Source: Felis catus
Taxonomy: Eukaryota
Direction: 5' to 3'
Assembly (NCBI RefSeq): GCF_018350175.1
Contig: NC_058383.1
Coordinates: forward strand, 27,158,001-27,222,000
Length of the DNA: 64,000 nt
The notes under the pieces: model-generated
The model's database searches: none
Told to the model about the DNA's origin: nothing
The model's input: only the letters and a program-made list of their open reading frames with translations
Shown here: positions 11,520-23,890 of the stretch, piece after piece
How the letters are laid out: each line of letters begins with the position of its first letter
How positions within the stretch are numbered: the stretch's first letter is position 1
Translations under genes and position numbers: made by a program

Positions 11520-11740
11520 GATAATTCTAATACCAAACTGTTTATTGAGTGCTGCTACGTGTTAAGCAACTTCTATCCATGATTTTTTTTTTCTTACTTC
11601 TACCCAAACCCCTATGAGGAGAGTCACTGTCCTTCCATTATATGACTGAGGAAGCTGGAGCTCAGACAAGTCCCTCTTGGGACGTGGCTGTGCTGGGGAT
11701 GAAGCAAGTCTGTGATGCCAGAGCCCTATCGTTGCCACTA
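11520..11740 (-). mobile_element. MIR
   Basis: tttattgagtgctgctacgtg...aaacccctatgagg...gaggaagctggagctcaga. Confidence 0.65.
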
Positions 11741-12329
11741 CGCTCGATCAAACTGTCGCCATTACAAAAAGAGGGAAGGCTGCTTCTAGAAGAAGCATGT
11801 CAGCTAGCTTTCAGCTGCAGGACAGATAACGACATGTGGCCGGAGCCGTGTGTGTCTCCACAGACTAAGACCCAAATACTGCCCAGCTCCTAAAAAAAAA
11901 AAAAAAAAAAAAAATCAACAAAAAAACCCCCCGATGCATTTCACAATGTAATCAGGTTCCTGTGGCACAAGACAGGAAGTAAGTGGAAGGATCAGAGTGA
12001 TTAGGGACAGCGGGAGAAGCTGACTTCAGACCAAAGTTAACAAGCCTTCTTTGCGGGGAAGAATATCAAACCTATTTTTGCGATGCAGGTGTGAAGGCCA
12101 AGCAAAGGGAATCACGGAGAGTCCTGCCAGTTTCTATCTGTGCTGCACTCGGCCTGTTGCCCAAACTCCGCGTTTCTCATCACGGTCATGGGTCAGACGA
12201 GGACTAAGTGATGCTTAGGCTCCAGGGAGGTGGGGAAGATGAAGCGGCTTTTGCAAGGGTCGATGTGTTGGGCAAATATCGTGATGCTGGTAACAACCTT
12301 GCAGGAATACTGCCTGGGAGGAAGAAACA

Positions 12330-12512
12330 AGGTACGGGGCCGAAGAGCATTGCCTCTGGTCAGGCAGACCTTGAACAAGTTACACAAGTTCTTCAAGCCC
12401 CAGCTTTCCCGTCTGTAAAACAGGCATGTGATAATCACAGCATCTGCATCACGTGAATGTTCGCGTCCGGTACCCGGCACTGTGCCTGTGGTGCAGTAAA
12501 TGCTCAATAGAC
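12330..12512 (+). mobile_element. MIR
   Basis: gaccttgaacaagttacacaagttcttcaagccccagctttcccgtctgtaaaacagg...gtaaatgctcaata. Confidence 0.7.
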
Positions 12513-13264
12513 AAGAGCGTACGCGTCGTCAGTGTGCACGTCATCATCTCTACTAGGGTGTTCGTCCACAAGGATCAGCATCAAGCTTGGTTTAACTAAT
12601 GGGCCCAGTTGCAGGCTCAACCCCGAAGCCTCTCAGGCTCCGAGAGCTGTGCACACGCAGCTTCCAAGCCAATGTCCACAGCCAGAGTCCTCCGCAGTGT
12701 GCGCCTCACACCGCGATGAGTACATGCGGCCAATGGGAGCGACTTATGGCCGCGATCCTTTCGCGGTGAATCCCACTACCAGGTAATGACAGTGTCCACC
12801 TGGAACGAATGCTATACGTTCACTCTATCTCCATAAAAAAATAGTAAAAATAAATACAACTTCCAGGACACTGCTAAAATAAAAAAAAATCCCAAACCCA
12901 AACCAACCAAACAAAAACCAAATCCAAAAAAGCCACTTGATTGGAATAGTTGCTCCACCAACAAAGCCCTCAATGCTATTTATACTCTGAGAGGGCCTCT
13001 CGGGCCTGCGGCAAGAGAAGCAGCTTTCTGACTCGGTTCCAAATAAGAGGGTTGGTTGGGTCGGGAAGGGAGACACGTGGACACAAGGTTGTGCGCACGT
13101 GGCACTCGGGTCAGGAGGTTCCGAGCTGGATCATGACCAGCTTCCTGCTGCCTGGGAGGCTGTGGGCTGCACTTCAGCACCGGTGGCCAGCTTTGTCACT
13201 TCCCGGTAGAGACTCTGGGAAGACAGAGTTCCTTTCTGATCCTCGGTTCTTCCTCTGTAAAATG

Positions 13265-13640
13265 GGATGGTTCCTCGTAGCTCTATTTTTTTATTTTTTG
13301 AGGAGCATCTGTACTGTTGTTCATTCCCATTGGGATGAACGTTGAGGGCGTGACGCTCGGGTAAAGAAGCCCATCGTGGAAAGGCAAATACGGCATGATC
13401 GCCCGCGTGTGAGGTGGTGAGAGTGGTCAACTGCAGAGAATCAGAGAGTGGGCTGGTGGCTGCCAGAGGCTGGGGCGGGGGGATTACTAGCAATGAGCAG
13501 AAAGTTTCAGGCCAGCGAGACGAATAGGCTCTAGGGTCCAGCTGCACAACATTGTACCTTGAGGGACCAGTGCTGGGCACTTGAAGATGTGTTGACAGGA
13601 TAGATCTCATGTTAAGTGTTCTTACCACAACAGGATAAAG
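13265..13640 (+). mobile_element. L1MA/MB 3' end with a short inverted 5' piece
   Basis: 13265-13330 is antisense L1 (agctctattttttattttttgagga). 13332-13640 is sense and ends gatagatctcatgttaagtgttcttaccacaa. Confidence 0.75.
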
Positions 13641-14157
13641 CATGTACATGAAAAATAAAGAGGGATGAGCAATCTGTCCCCGACCCCACGGGGTTGTGCG
13701 GTGATTCGTGACTGCGGATGGGACACGGCTTCCAACTGGCGGCAGGCTCACTGCACAGAGGCAGGATTCACATCACTCGGGGGACAGCCCCTGACGGTGG
13801 TAGATTCTTTGTCAGACCTGGGTGGGGGTGCCTTTCCCCACTGGGAGACTTCTGCGGAATTCTGGTGACCAGTACTTGGGAGATGCCCAGTGCCCAGAAA
13901 GAAGTCCTGCTCTCAGTGTGCCCAGAAAGCTGGCCGGGGTATGAGGGCAAGTACACCAAAGGCCACAAGTCTGAGTCCCAATCCTGCTTCTGCTGTGATC
14001 CAGCCATGGGACCCTGGGCGAGTCACTTCCCTTCCTTGACCCCTCTAACCCTTACAAAACAGTAATGATAGGTCTAGGTAGACTGAGCACTTACTATGCC
14101 CTAAGCACTATCCACGCATGTTGTCATTCTCCCAAGGTCTAAGGAAGCAGGTACCAA

Positions 14158-14360
14158 GGGGCACCTGGATGGCTCAGTCAGTTAAGCGTCTGACTTCGAC
14201 TCAGGTCATAATCTATGGTTCGTGGGTTCGAGGCCCGCGTCGGGCTCTGTGCTGACAGCTCAGAGCCTGGAGCCTGCTTTGGATTCTGTGTCTGCCTCTC
14301 CCTCTCTGCCCCTCGTCTGCCTGTTTGTGCTTGGTCTCTCAAAAATAAACATTACAAAAA
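14158..14360 (+). mobile_element. Can-SINE inserted in a MIR
   Basis: ggggcacctggatggctcagtcagttaagcgtctgacttcg head. Confidence 0.93.
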
Positions 14361-14719
14361 ATTTTTTTTTTAATTTTTGATAACCCCATCTTACCATGAA
14401 GGATTCTGAGGTCAAGGGGGCACTAACTGATGACAAGTCACCTTCTCTGTCGAGTGCCAGGGCAAAGACAAACGCTCAGGCCTGCCGGGCTCCAAAACCT
14501 GTGTGTCAGTCTGCCAGATGAGGGAGACGAAATTTCCATAGTCTGGGATCCTACCCTTGCGGAATTAGCACCAGTGCATAGAAAGCTTCCTTCTCTGAAA
14601 GTGGGGTTGGCTTCCCTGAGCTGACCTCCTGTCCCGTTCCTTCCTTCTTTCTTTCCGTTCCTTTCTCCTTCCCTCCCCTTCCCTTCCTTTTTCTCTCTTG
14701 CCCTCCCTCCTCTTGTCTC

Positions 14720-14860
14720 TCTTCAGCTTTATGGAGGTATAAGTGACATAAAATTTTGAAATACATAAAGTGTACATTGTAGTTCTTTGATATACACTGT
14801 AAATGGGTCCCCCATCCATCTAGTTAATTAACACATCCATCACCTCACATACTTATTATC

Positions 14861-14911
<51 letters not shown>

Positions 14912-15290
14912 AACATTTAAGGTCTGCTCTCAGCAAATTTCAATTATACAATACGGTGTTATCAACTGCAGCCACCATGTTTTACATCAGCCCCGCAGAG
15001 CTCATTCATCTTAAAACTCAGAGTTTTCACCCTTGCACCCACCTTTCCCTATTTCCCCCATCCCTCAGACCCTGCAGCCACTTTTCTACTATTTCCAGGA
15101 GCTTGGCCTTTTCCTTTCCTTTCTTTTCCCTCCGTCCCTCCCTCCCTTCCTTCCTAGTTTCCACATATAAGTGATACCAGGCAGTATCTGTCTTTCTCTG
15201 TCCAGCTTATCCCACTTGGCATGATGCCCTCGAGGTCCATCCATGCCATCCCCCACCGCAGGATTCCCTTCTCTGTCACGGTCGCATGAC
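14720..15290 (-). mobile_element. L1MA-type 3' end containing (TG)n at 14863-14907
   Basis: cagctttatggaggtataagtgaca...ctcagcaaatttcaattatacaatac...ttccacatataagtgatacc. Confidence 0.85.
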
Positions 15291-15914
15291 AGAACCCTGC
15301 ATAGAGACACCATGTCAGTTTGGTTTTTGATAGCTATCAGTTCCCCACGGGCCACGGCCAGGTTTCACCTTTCCTAGGACGCCATCACCACCCTTCTGCC
15401 CTGGCCCAGCACAGAGTGGAGCCCAGCGTGGAGTTCTCAGTGAATGAATGATTTCTGTCTGGTGGTTTAAGCCTGGCAGCTGCACGCAGGTTTGGGGGCC
15501 GGGAGGCCGAAGTGGAGGATGCAGGCCTGTCTCCACTCATCGGGTGAACTGGCCGAGCGCTGGGTCTCCACTTTTCCTTGAGGCTTTTGGCAGCTTGGGG
15601 ACCCTTGCTGAGCAACCAGAAAAATGCCCAGCTGCCCTCCAGCATGGGAGCTAATTCAATGCCATCAAATTACCACCAGTCGGACTTAGGGAGAATGAGG
15701 GGAGAGGGTCTCACAAGGGGACCATGGAGTCGGGAGGGGGGAGCTGGGAGAACGCCGCTCCAAGGGTAAAGGTGGCCAGGCCAGCACCCTTCAGGGCTCA
15801 GGAGCAATGAACCTTTCTCGGCAAAGCCATCCTTGACCCTGCCCCTCTCCCTTCTTTCGAGTCCCCTAAAGGCCCTCCAAGCATCCTGAACTTCCTTTTG
15901 GGTCAAACTGTGCC

Positions 15915-16450
15915 CAAATGTGCATAACGTTTACCATCTTAACCATTCGTAAGCATACCATTCAGGAGTGTTAAGCCCATCCATTCTGTCGTGCAATTGT
16001 CACCATCATCTGTCACCAGCACTTTCCATCTTGCACATCTGGAATCCTCATTAAACCACAGCTCCTATTCTCTCTTCCCTCCAAGCCCCAGGCGACCACC
16101 ACTCTCTGTCTCCATGAATGTGACCACTCCAGGAGATTTCGCCGAAGTGGAATCGTAGAATAGGTGCTCTTTTGGGTCTGGTTTCTAGCCTAACGTGCCT
16201 AGAGGTCATACATGCTGTAGCGGATGGCAGGATTTCCTTTACTTCTCAAGTTGAGTCATCTTCCATTGTTGAGGACAGACCACATTCTGGTTTATCCTCT
16301 CATGGGCAGGTGAATAGCTGGTCTGCCTCCACCTTTTGGTTCTTGCGAGTAACGCTGCTGTGGAAATGGGTGTTGAGAGGCCTCTGAGACCTGCCTTCAG
16401 TTCTTTTGGGTCTACCCCCAGAGGCGGAATCGATGGATCACATAGACCAG
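15915..16450 (-). mobile_element. L1MB fragment
   Basis: tttaccatcttaaccatt...ttcagttcttttgggtctacccccagaggcggaat. Confidence 0.8.
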
Positions 16451-17265
16451 CATCTTTGGCAAGCAAAGGGAGTACTGGACAGCGCTGAATGCCACTGAAT
16501 GCCCTTGCGTGGTTCCTGCCTCTTTATGGCAAGTGATAGCAAGATTTCCACTTACAGCAGTGATGCAAAATTACTCTGAAAATAAAACTGACTTAAGTAA
16601 AAATAAGAGTGAGTCTCCTGCCATGAAAACATTATGAGAATAATAGGGCAGGTGGAATGTGGATATGGGAAAATGGTGAAGAGGGCTGAGGGGTGAAGGA
16701 AGCTTCAGGAATATTAATTAGGCTCCACAGGCCTGCTTCCCCACCTGGGACGTGCTGAGTTTGTTAAACAAATGAGGGGAGGTGAAGACCAGCTACAGGC
16801 TGATGCCTGAGCAGCCCCATCCATACTTCACAGAAGGACTCGCAGGTCCTTCCTACACTCCTGGCCTTCCCAGCCGGCTTCAGGGAACCAGGTTTTGTTC
16901 AGGACTTTTCTAGGGGGGGCTCTGAGGGACCATCTTCCCGCTAGGGAGACGGAGCCATGGCTGTGCTGACAAACACCATCCTTTCGATTTTCACTCCAAT
17001 TTGTGGGGCACTTAACATTCATGAGGTTCTTTTACAGGCTTCTACCTCTCATAGAAATGCAGCGCATGGAAATTATCCCCATTCGTGGATAATTGTCCTG
17101 GGATCAGAGAGGAGAAGGAGCTTGCTCAAGGTCACAGAGCCGGGAGGTGGAAAAGAGATTAGGGTACAAGTGGATCTGACTTCAAATACCATGTTCCACG
17201 TGCAGACTTTGCCTGGCAAGAACCTCAGCATTCCCAGCTTTGCTCAGGATCCCACGGGGCCCAAA

Positions 17266-17478
17266 GGGGTTTCTCAACCTTGGCACAACTGACACTTGGG
17301 GCCAGATCCTCGGTTGTGGGAGGTGAGGGTCGTCCTGTGCACTGTAGGATGCACATCTGTGTCACATCTTTGTCCTGTACCCACTCGATGCCAGGAGCAC
17401 CTTCCCCAAACGTCTCCTTTCATTGACAAATGTCCCCTGGGAAAATGGACACCATCGCTCTCCATGGAAAAGCACTGC
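17266..17478 (-). mobile_element. MER20-like MITE
   Basis: gggtttctcaaccttggcacaactgacacttggggccaga...acaaatgtcccctggg. Confidence 0.8.
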
Positions 17479-17484
17479 TGTGGA

Positions 17485-17678
17485 ACGGAAGGTCTTAAAA
17501 TGTGGTCTTTGATCATCAGCATCAGCAATACCTGAGAACCTACTGGAAATGCAAATTTCAGTCCACCCAGAGCTTCCGACTCTGAAACTCTGGGCATGGG
17601 GCCCAGCACCTCTGCATTTTATTTGACAAGCCTTCCAGGTGATTCTGGTGCAAGCTAACATTTGAAAAATCACCAGCC
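17485..17678. mobile_element. MER5A-like MITE
   Basis: cagcatcagcaatacctgagaacctactggaaatgcaaat...gaaactctggg...ccttccaggtgattctg. Confidence 0.85.
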
Positions 17679-17692
17679 TAGGCTAGTGATTC

Positions 17693-17795
17693 TTTTTTTT
17701 TTTTTTTTTTTGAGTCTGTCTATTTTGAGAGAGAGATTGCATGAGCGAGTGGGGGAGGGACAGAGACGTAGAGAGAAAATCCCAAGCAGGCACAG
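17693..17795 (-). mobile_element. 5'-truncated Can-SINE with 13-bp TSD
   Basis: taggctagtgatt at 17679-17691 and 17796-17808. Confidence 0.85.
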
Positions 17796-17799
17796 TAGG

Positions 17800-17995
17800 C
17801 TAGTGATTTTTAACCCTAGGTGCACATTAGAATCACCTGAGCATCTTAATAAAAACAAAACAAACCAAAACAAACTAAATCCATGCTTTGACTCCGCCCC
17901 AAGAAATTCTGATTTAATAACTTTGGTGGGTAACAGTGGTGGCAAATTTTTAAAGCTCCCAAGGGGTCCGATGTGCAGTCAGGGTTGAGAACCAC
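17800..17995. mobile_element. MER5B-like MITE
   Basis: tgcacattagaatcacctg...attctgatttaat...tttttaaagctccc...cagggttgagaaccac. Confidence 0.8.
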
Positions 17996-18724
17996 CTTCT
18001 GGATACCTTTTCTTTTCAACCACCTTTACAAAACCACGTGTCTCAAGGTGTGGCTTTACACCCAGATACATCTCCAGACTCCTCCTCAAATCCCCATGGC
18101 CTCCTGCTCCGCCAGAGACTGAAGCCTAGCTCACTGTTATTTTTCCTCCCACTCTGAGAAAATGCCTCCCTCCACCCCGACCAAGCACTCAGGAAATGTT
18201 CCTGCTCACTGATTTTTTTTTCCCCTCCATTCAAGTCTGGAGTTATTAAACCACAGCCCATGGCTGAACCGTCTTATTGATTTTATTGTCGAGAGCCCAG
18301 GGATATTCTAATGATGTACTGCTCAATAAATGGAAACTGGTGGGATAGATATTGATGGCGTATGGTACATTTCGCCGCAATTCACTGGGTCCCAGTCACT
18401 TTGCCTGTTACACATCATCTGTGAAAATGCTGCTCTCGGTCCTGCAAGCTCGTGTCCATCCTGCTGATGTTACTTTTCCCTGGCATCCGGATGAAAGGGT
18501 CATTATGCTAACAGCTACTGCTGTGTGCCAGGCCCCAGGCTGAGTGTTTCTCAACAGACATTATTTCATTTACTTCTTACAGCAGAACGTTGTGGGGAGA
18601 TACCCTGCTTAGTCCTATTTTACGGATAAGGAAGTTGAGACTCAGACCGGATGCTTGACCTGGCTAGCTCATAAGGTGCAAAACCAGCATTCAAATCTGT
18701 CAGCCACTGAAACGAGGGCTTAAA

Positions 18725-18942
18725 ATTTTTTTTTTATGTTTATTTATTTTTGAGACAGAGAGATAGACAGAGTGAGAACAGGGGAGGGGCAGAGAGACAG
18801 AAAGGGACACACAGATCTGAAGCAGGCTCCAGGCTCCGAGCTGTCAGCACAAAGCCCAACGCGGGGCTCTAACTCATGGATGGTGAGATCATGACCTGGG
18901 CTGAAGTCGGACACTTAACCGGCCGAGCCACCCAGGCGCCCC
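18725..18942 (-). mobile_element. Can-SINE
   Basis: Full SINE body at the end of a minus-strand MIR (18510-18720). Confidence 0.93.
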
Positions 18943-18964
18943 TAAAATGAGGGTTTTTAACCTC

Positions 18965-19332
18965 TACTATGGTATCAAGATTTGTGTCCCCAACTCCCAA
19001 ACGCCTATGTTGAAAGCCTAATGCCCCAGGTGATGATATTAGGAGGTGGGGCCTTTGGGAGGTGATTAGGTAAGTCATTAGGGCAGAGTCCTCACAAATG
19101 CGATGGGGCCTGCGCCCAAATAATAGAAATCTCAGGGGGCTCCCTCGCCCTTCTGCCAAGCGAGGACATAAAGGGAAGACAGCTGTGTAGGAAGTAGGTC
19201 CTCACCATACACCGGATCTACGGGCACCCTCTATCTTAGACTTCTCAGCCTCCAGAAGTATAAACAATCAATTTCTGTTCTTTATAAGCCACTTACTCTG
19301 TGGTACTTTCTTAAAGCACAAAGGACCAAGAC
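18965..19332 (+). mobile_element. MaLR solo LTR (MLT1A-like)
   Basis: tattaggaggtggggcctttgggaggtgattagg...cagcctccagaa...atttctgttctttataagccac...aagaca. Confidence 0.85.
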
Positions 19333-19440
19333 AACCCCTAAGCTAAACTGTACGAGGAAACTAACAGCTTCCTACTGTACTTGAGCAACCTCTCAGACGG
19401 TTTCAGTACCAATGAATAGGTCACCTATTCTCCCCTTCTT

Positions 19441-19669
19441 TCTTTTTTTTTTTTTTTAAATTTTTTTTTTCAACGTTTATTTATTTTTGAGACAGAGACA
19501 GAGCACGAACGGGGGAGGGGCAGAGAGAGAGGGAGACACAGAAACGGAAACAGGCTCCAGGCTCTGAGCCATCAGCCCAGAGCCCGACGCGGGGCTCGAA
19601 CTCACGGACCGCAAGATTGTGACCTGGCTGAAGTCGGATGCTTAACCGACTGCGCCACCCAGGCGCCCC
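19441..19669 (-). mobile_element. Young SINEC_Fc with 14-bp TSD
   Basis: attctccccttctt at 19427-19440 and 19671-19684. Confidence 0.95.
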
Positions 19670-20082
19670 GATTCTCCCCTTCTTAACTAAGGATTCTCAA
19701 CAGAAACTACCGGCATTTGAGGAGAGATGACTTCTCCGTTGGGTAGGGTTGTCTCATGCACTCAAGGACATTTAACATCGTCCCACGCAATGCCCGGTCC
19801 CCTCAGCATTTCCCAACGTCCCACAGAGGGATCAGTATGACTGTGGCTTGAGAACCTCTCACCCCATGGGGAGGCAGGAGATTCTTGGCCACGATGGCCT
19901 ACTTCCTTCTTGCCAACATGGACAGTCACTCTGGAAAGGCGGCATGGCCAAGTGGAAAGAAGTTTGGCTCTGAAATCCATGAGATCTGGGTTCAAACCTT
20001 AGCTCTTCACCCACTGTGACTCTGTGAGGTTGGGCAAGTTCTATCACCTAATGCTCTAGCTCCTCATCAGTAAAACGAGTGC

Positions 20083-20310
20083 GGGAGTGCCTGGGTGGCT
20101 CAGTCGATTAAGCGTCTGACTTTGGCTCAGGTCATGATCTCACAGTTTGTGGGTTCAAGCCCCACATCAGGCTCTGTGCTGATAGCTTAGAACCTGGAGC
20201 CCGCTTCAGATTCTGTGTCTCCCTCTCTCTCTGACCCTCTCCCACTCACACTCTATGTCTCTCTCTCAAAAAATAAATTAAAAAAAAAAAACATTCAAGA
20301 AAAAAAAAAA
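20083..20310 (+). mobile_element. Can-SINE inserted in a MIR (19940-20400)
   Basis: SINE head and tail. The flanking MIR reads ctgggttcaaacc...gggcaagtt...ctcctcatcagtaaaa. Confidence 0.92.
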
Positions 20311-20879
20311 TGAGGGCAAATACTGACTCCTGCCTTGTAGGGCGGAATCTCGGGAGTCACTCGGGGAAGTGCACACTACAGAGCAGGGGCTCTGAACTTG
20401 GCGCAATTTTGTCCCTCCAGTCACCTGTCTTCTTCTCTGTGCTCGCCTCAAATTCCTGATCTGCAGTCTCCACTGGAATAAAAAAGTGCAGTGTTCTACA
20501 TGGGGTGGTTTGATACTCAGCAACCATAACCAGGAGCAGTTATGGGAGCAGGTAATAGAGCGACACCTGTGCCACAGAGAGCCTTGGCTCAGGAGCGGAA
20601 GACTCTCCCGAAGAGAAGACCGGCAACGAACACCTGAATATTCCCCAGACCGTTTCCACCACAGGAAGAAAACCGAATGGTGGCCCTATTACTATCACCT
20701 TAAATCATGACACGCGAGGGGCTGCATTCAAGTTCTTGCTTCTCCTTTCCAATTTTATTTCCCACCGTGCTCGCCCAGCGACCCTTTCCGTGAGGCTGAA
20801 ACCTAGCTGAATGTCATCGAACCCCTGCTTCTGCTCCTCACCGTGCTGGGCTGCCCCTCCCTTTTCCTCAGACACCAGC

Positions 20880-21225
20880 TCGCCATATGAACCGAATCAT
20901 GTCCCCAACCCAAATTCATACGTCAAAGCCCTAACCCTCAGGTGACCGCATTGGAGATGGACGTTGAAGGGGGGGGTGGTGATTAAGTGGGGTCATTGGG
21001 GCAGAACCCTGGTCATACGGGATCACAGCCCTTGTGAGAAGAGACAGAAAGAGCTTGTATTCTGTCCGCCATGTGAACATGCGGCAAGAACTGGTCATCT
21101 GCAAGTCAGGAACACGGCTCTCACCAGAACCCGACCAGCTGGCACCCCAGTCTTGGACTTCTGGCCTCCAGAAGCATGAGAAAATAACTTTCTGGTGTTG
21201 AAGGTGCCCAGAGCTGCTTAGTACA
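20880..21225 (+). mobile_element. MaLR solo LTR (MLT1A/B-like)
   Basis: caaattcatacgtcaaagccctaaccc...ctcaccagaacccgaccagctggcacccc...ttggacttctggcctccagaa. Confidence 0.8.
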
Positions 21226-22229
21226 CTACTCGAGGAGGGCAGGGGATGCATTTCTTGGGCTAAGATCTAAGATCTCCAGGTAGAGTGAGGAGTTAGTTAA
21301 CTAAGTAAGCAGGAAGGGGACAGTGTCCCCACGTAGAGGGATCAGCACGTGCCAAGGCCCGTGAGGAAAGACAGTGCAGTAAATGACAGGACAGGGAGGA
21401 GGGCCAGGGTGGCTGCAACACCGAGGCCCAGCTAAAGCACGTGGTGAGACTGGCATGAAGAGACATCATCACACAGGGTCCTGGGCACCATCTTAGGGAC
21501 TGCAGTGCAAGAGATGACGAGCCATCCTAAGAGGCTTGTTATGGATGGCGGGGCGGTGGGGTGGGGGAGGGGGGGCGGTGCGCACTGCAGGCAGGACCCA
21601 TTTTGCGGTTCGCAGATGGGATGGTGCTCGGTGCACGGCTGCCTGATGCAGAGAGGAGGGAGAGTGGGGCCAAGACCCACACGGTGCGGTCTGAGGTTTG
21701 GGGTGTCGAGAACGCTGCTTCATCCGTGCTCCCTGCCTTTTTGACCCTGAGGTTACCATTTCCCAAGTTCTCCTGCGAGCCTTCCTGTCGCTTGACATTT
21801 TCATCTCTGTCCTTCTCTCCTCTGCTGAAGGCACTCGCGGGCTCAATAAATACTGCTGTGGAAAAACGCAGAGACTCATCTATTTTTATTACAAATGGAG
21901 CCACTGGAAGAGGGAACAGCTCTTATTTACTTCTCAGGGTAAGGGTTTTGACAACAGGTTTATTTTCTCCAACTCACCAAGGACTGGAAGAGTAACACTC
22001 TCAAGTAACAGTACATTAATTAATGCCGAATTGGTTGGAATTTTCCTAATAAAAATCCTCACAGTAATCACATTATGGGCCATTAACGCTGTCTCCTGAC
22101 CATAAACCATAAATATGTTCTGCAGGTGCCTTCTTTTTAAAATGGGACATTCCCCCAAATTGTTGCCCATTTGTCACGTTAATGCTGTCACATCACACAG
22201 TGCGGACAGGGGTAAACACACAGGCTCGT

Positions 22230-22440
22230 GTTGGTGCACGGGTCACTCGGCCAAGCTTGTTCATGGGTCGCTTCGTTTAGACCCTGCAGCGAACTTACAA
22301 GGGAAGCGCCACCACCACCCCCATTTTACAGATGGGGAAACTGAGGCACAGAGGGAGTGGGTCAACTGCTTGGGGCCAAACAGCTAGGGAGTTACGGGCC
22401 AGGATGTGGATACAGGCAGCCTGAATACAGAATACTCTGC
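22230..22440 (-). mobile_element. MIR
   Basis: ccccattttacagatggggaaactgaggcacagagg. Confidence 0.85.
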
Positions 22441-22521
22441 CATCCTGCCTTCTGAGAAACAAGCACTGGGTGGATCCAGAAGCATAGCCATCCTCTTGGC
22501 CAACCAACGCACAGCTAATGG

Positions 22522-22767
22522 TTTCTCTTTTTCTTTTCTTTTCTTTTCTTTTCTTTTCTTTTCTTTTCTTTTCTTTTCTTTTCTTTTCTTTTTTCTTTCT
22601 TTCAACCTTTATTTATCTTCAGAGAGAGGGAGAGAGAGAATCCCAAGCAGGCTCTGTGTTGCCAACACAGAGCTCAGTGTGGGGCTTGAACTAACAAACC
22701 GCAACATCATGACCTGGGGCGAAACCAAGAGTCGGACGCTCAACCGACTGAGCCACCCGGGCACCCC
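22522..22767 (-). mobile_element. Can-SINE whose tail has become a (TTTTC)n microsatellite
   Basis: About 13 TTTTC units at 22527-22590, followed by SINE body. Confidence 0.9.
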
Positions 22768-22969
22768 GCCAGTTCATTTCAACAGTAAGGGAAGCAAATG
22801 TCAACCCAGCACAGCATTAGGCTTTGCTCCGAGAGGGCAGGAATTACGCCGTCTTTACTTGTGCCTCTCCAAGGCCTAACCAGATGCCTGGGGACAAAGC
22901 CAGGAGCACCTGAGACACACTGAATACATTTCTGTTGAAAGAAGACATAGCTAGTGAAACACACAGATC

Positions 22970-23167
22970 AGGGACGCCTGAGTGGCTCAGTCAGTGAAGC
23001 GTCCGATTCTTGATTTCAGTTCAGGTCACGATCTCATGATTTGAGAGTCTGAGCCACCACATAGGGCTCTGTGCTGACTGTAGAGCCTGCTTGGGATTCT
23101 CTGTCTCTCTCTCTCTCTCTCTCTCTGTCCTTTCCCTACTCATAACTCTCTCTCAAAAAAAAAAAAA
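22970..23167 (+). mobile_element. Can-SINE
   Basis: SINE head, (CT)n and A tail, followed by (CA)n. Confidence 0.92.
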
Positions 23168-23220
23168 TTACATACATACACACACACACACAAATACACA
23201 CACACACACATATGTATAAT

Positions 23221-23435
23221 GGGGTTCCTGGGTGGCTCAGTTGGTTGAGCATCTGACTTTGGCTCAGGTCATGATCTCATGGTTCATGGGTTCGAGACCC
23301 ACGTTGGGTTCTGTGCTGACAGCTTGGAGTCTGGAGCCTGCTTTGGACTCTGTCTTTCTCTCTCTCTGCCCCTCCTCTGCTCACGCTCTCTCTCTCTCAA
23401 AAATAAATATGAAAAGAATTTTAAAAAATTAAAAA
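23221..23435 (+). mobile_element. Can-SINE
   Basis: ggggttcctgggtggctcagttggttgagcatctgac. Confidence 0.92.
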
Positions 23436-23890
23436 ACCCCACCACCATGTACTAGAGAGCTCATGGCAATGGGGAACAGGGAGCCCCCCAAGTGCACTTG
23501 GAATCTCAATAGATCCATTTCCTTGCAAGGGTGAGTGACACCTGGGTGTGGGGCCATGCTCGGGAGCTGCATCTCACTAGGGTTCGAGGAAGGAGCTCGT
23601 GTTTAACCCTGTCTAGAGTCATTCCTTTGCCTGGTCTGGGTGTTTCTTTGATTTCTTTGCAGATAATACATACTCACTGTTAGACAATTCAAGCATGCAG
23701 AGCAACATAAAGGGAGAAACCCCTCGCACATGAAAGCATCTAGAGATCACTACTGTTTACACGTTGGTGAAGATTTTCCAAGTATTTCTACGCACCCACA
23801 CTACATATAATCATATACATCCTGCTCTGTCGTACGCATTCTAGTTTCAATATACCCTTGACATCTGTGTCAACGAACACAGATATTCAT

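Noticed and set aside
13131..13751. 206-aa minus-strand ORF
   Set aside because: It spans GC-shifted MIR and L1 fragments and lacks protein-like features.
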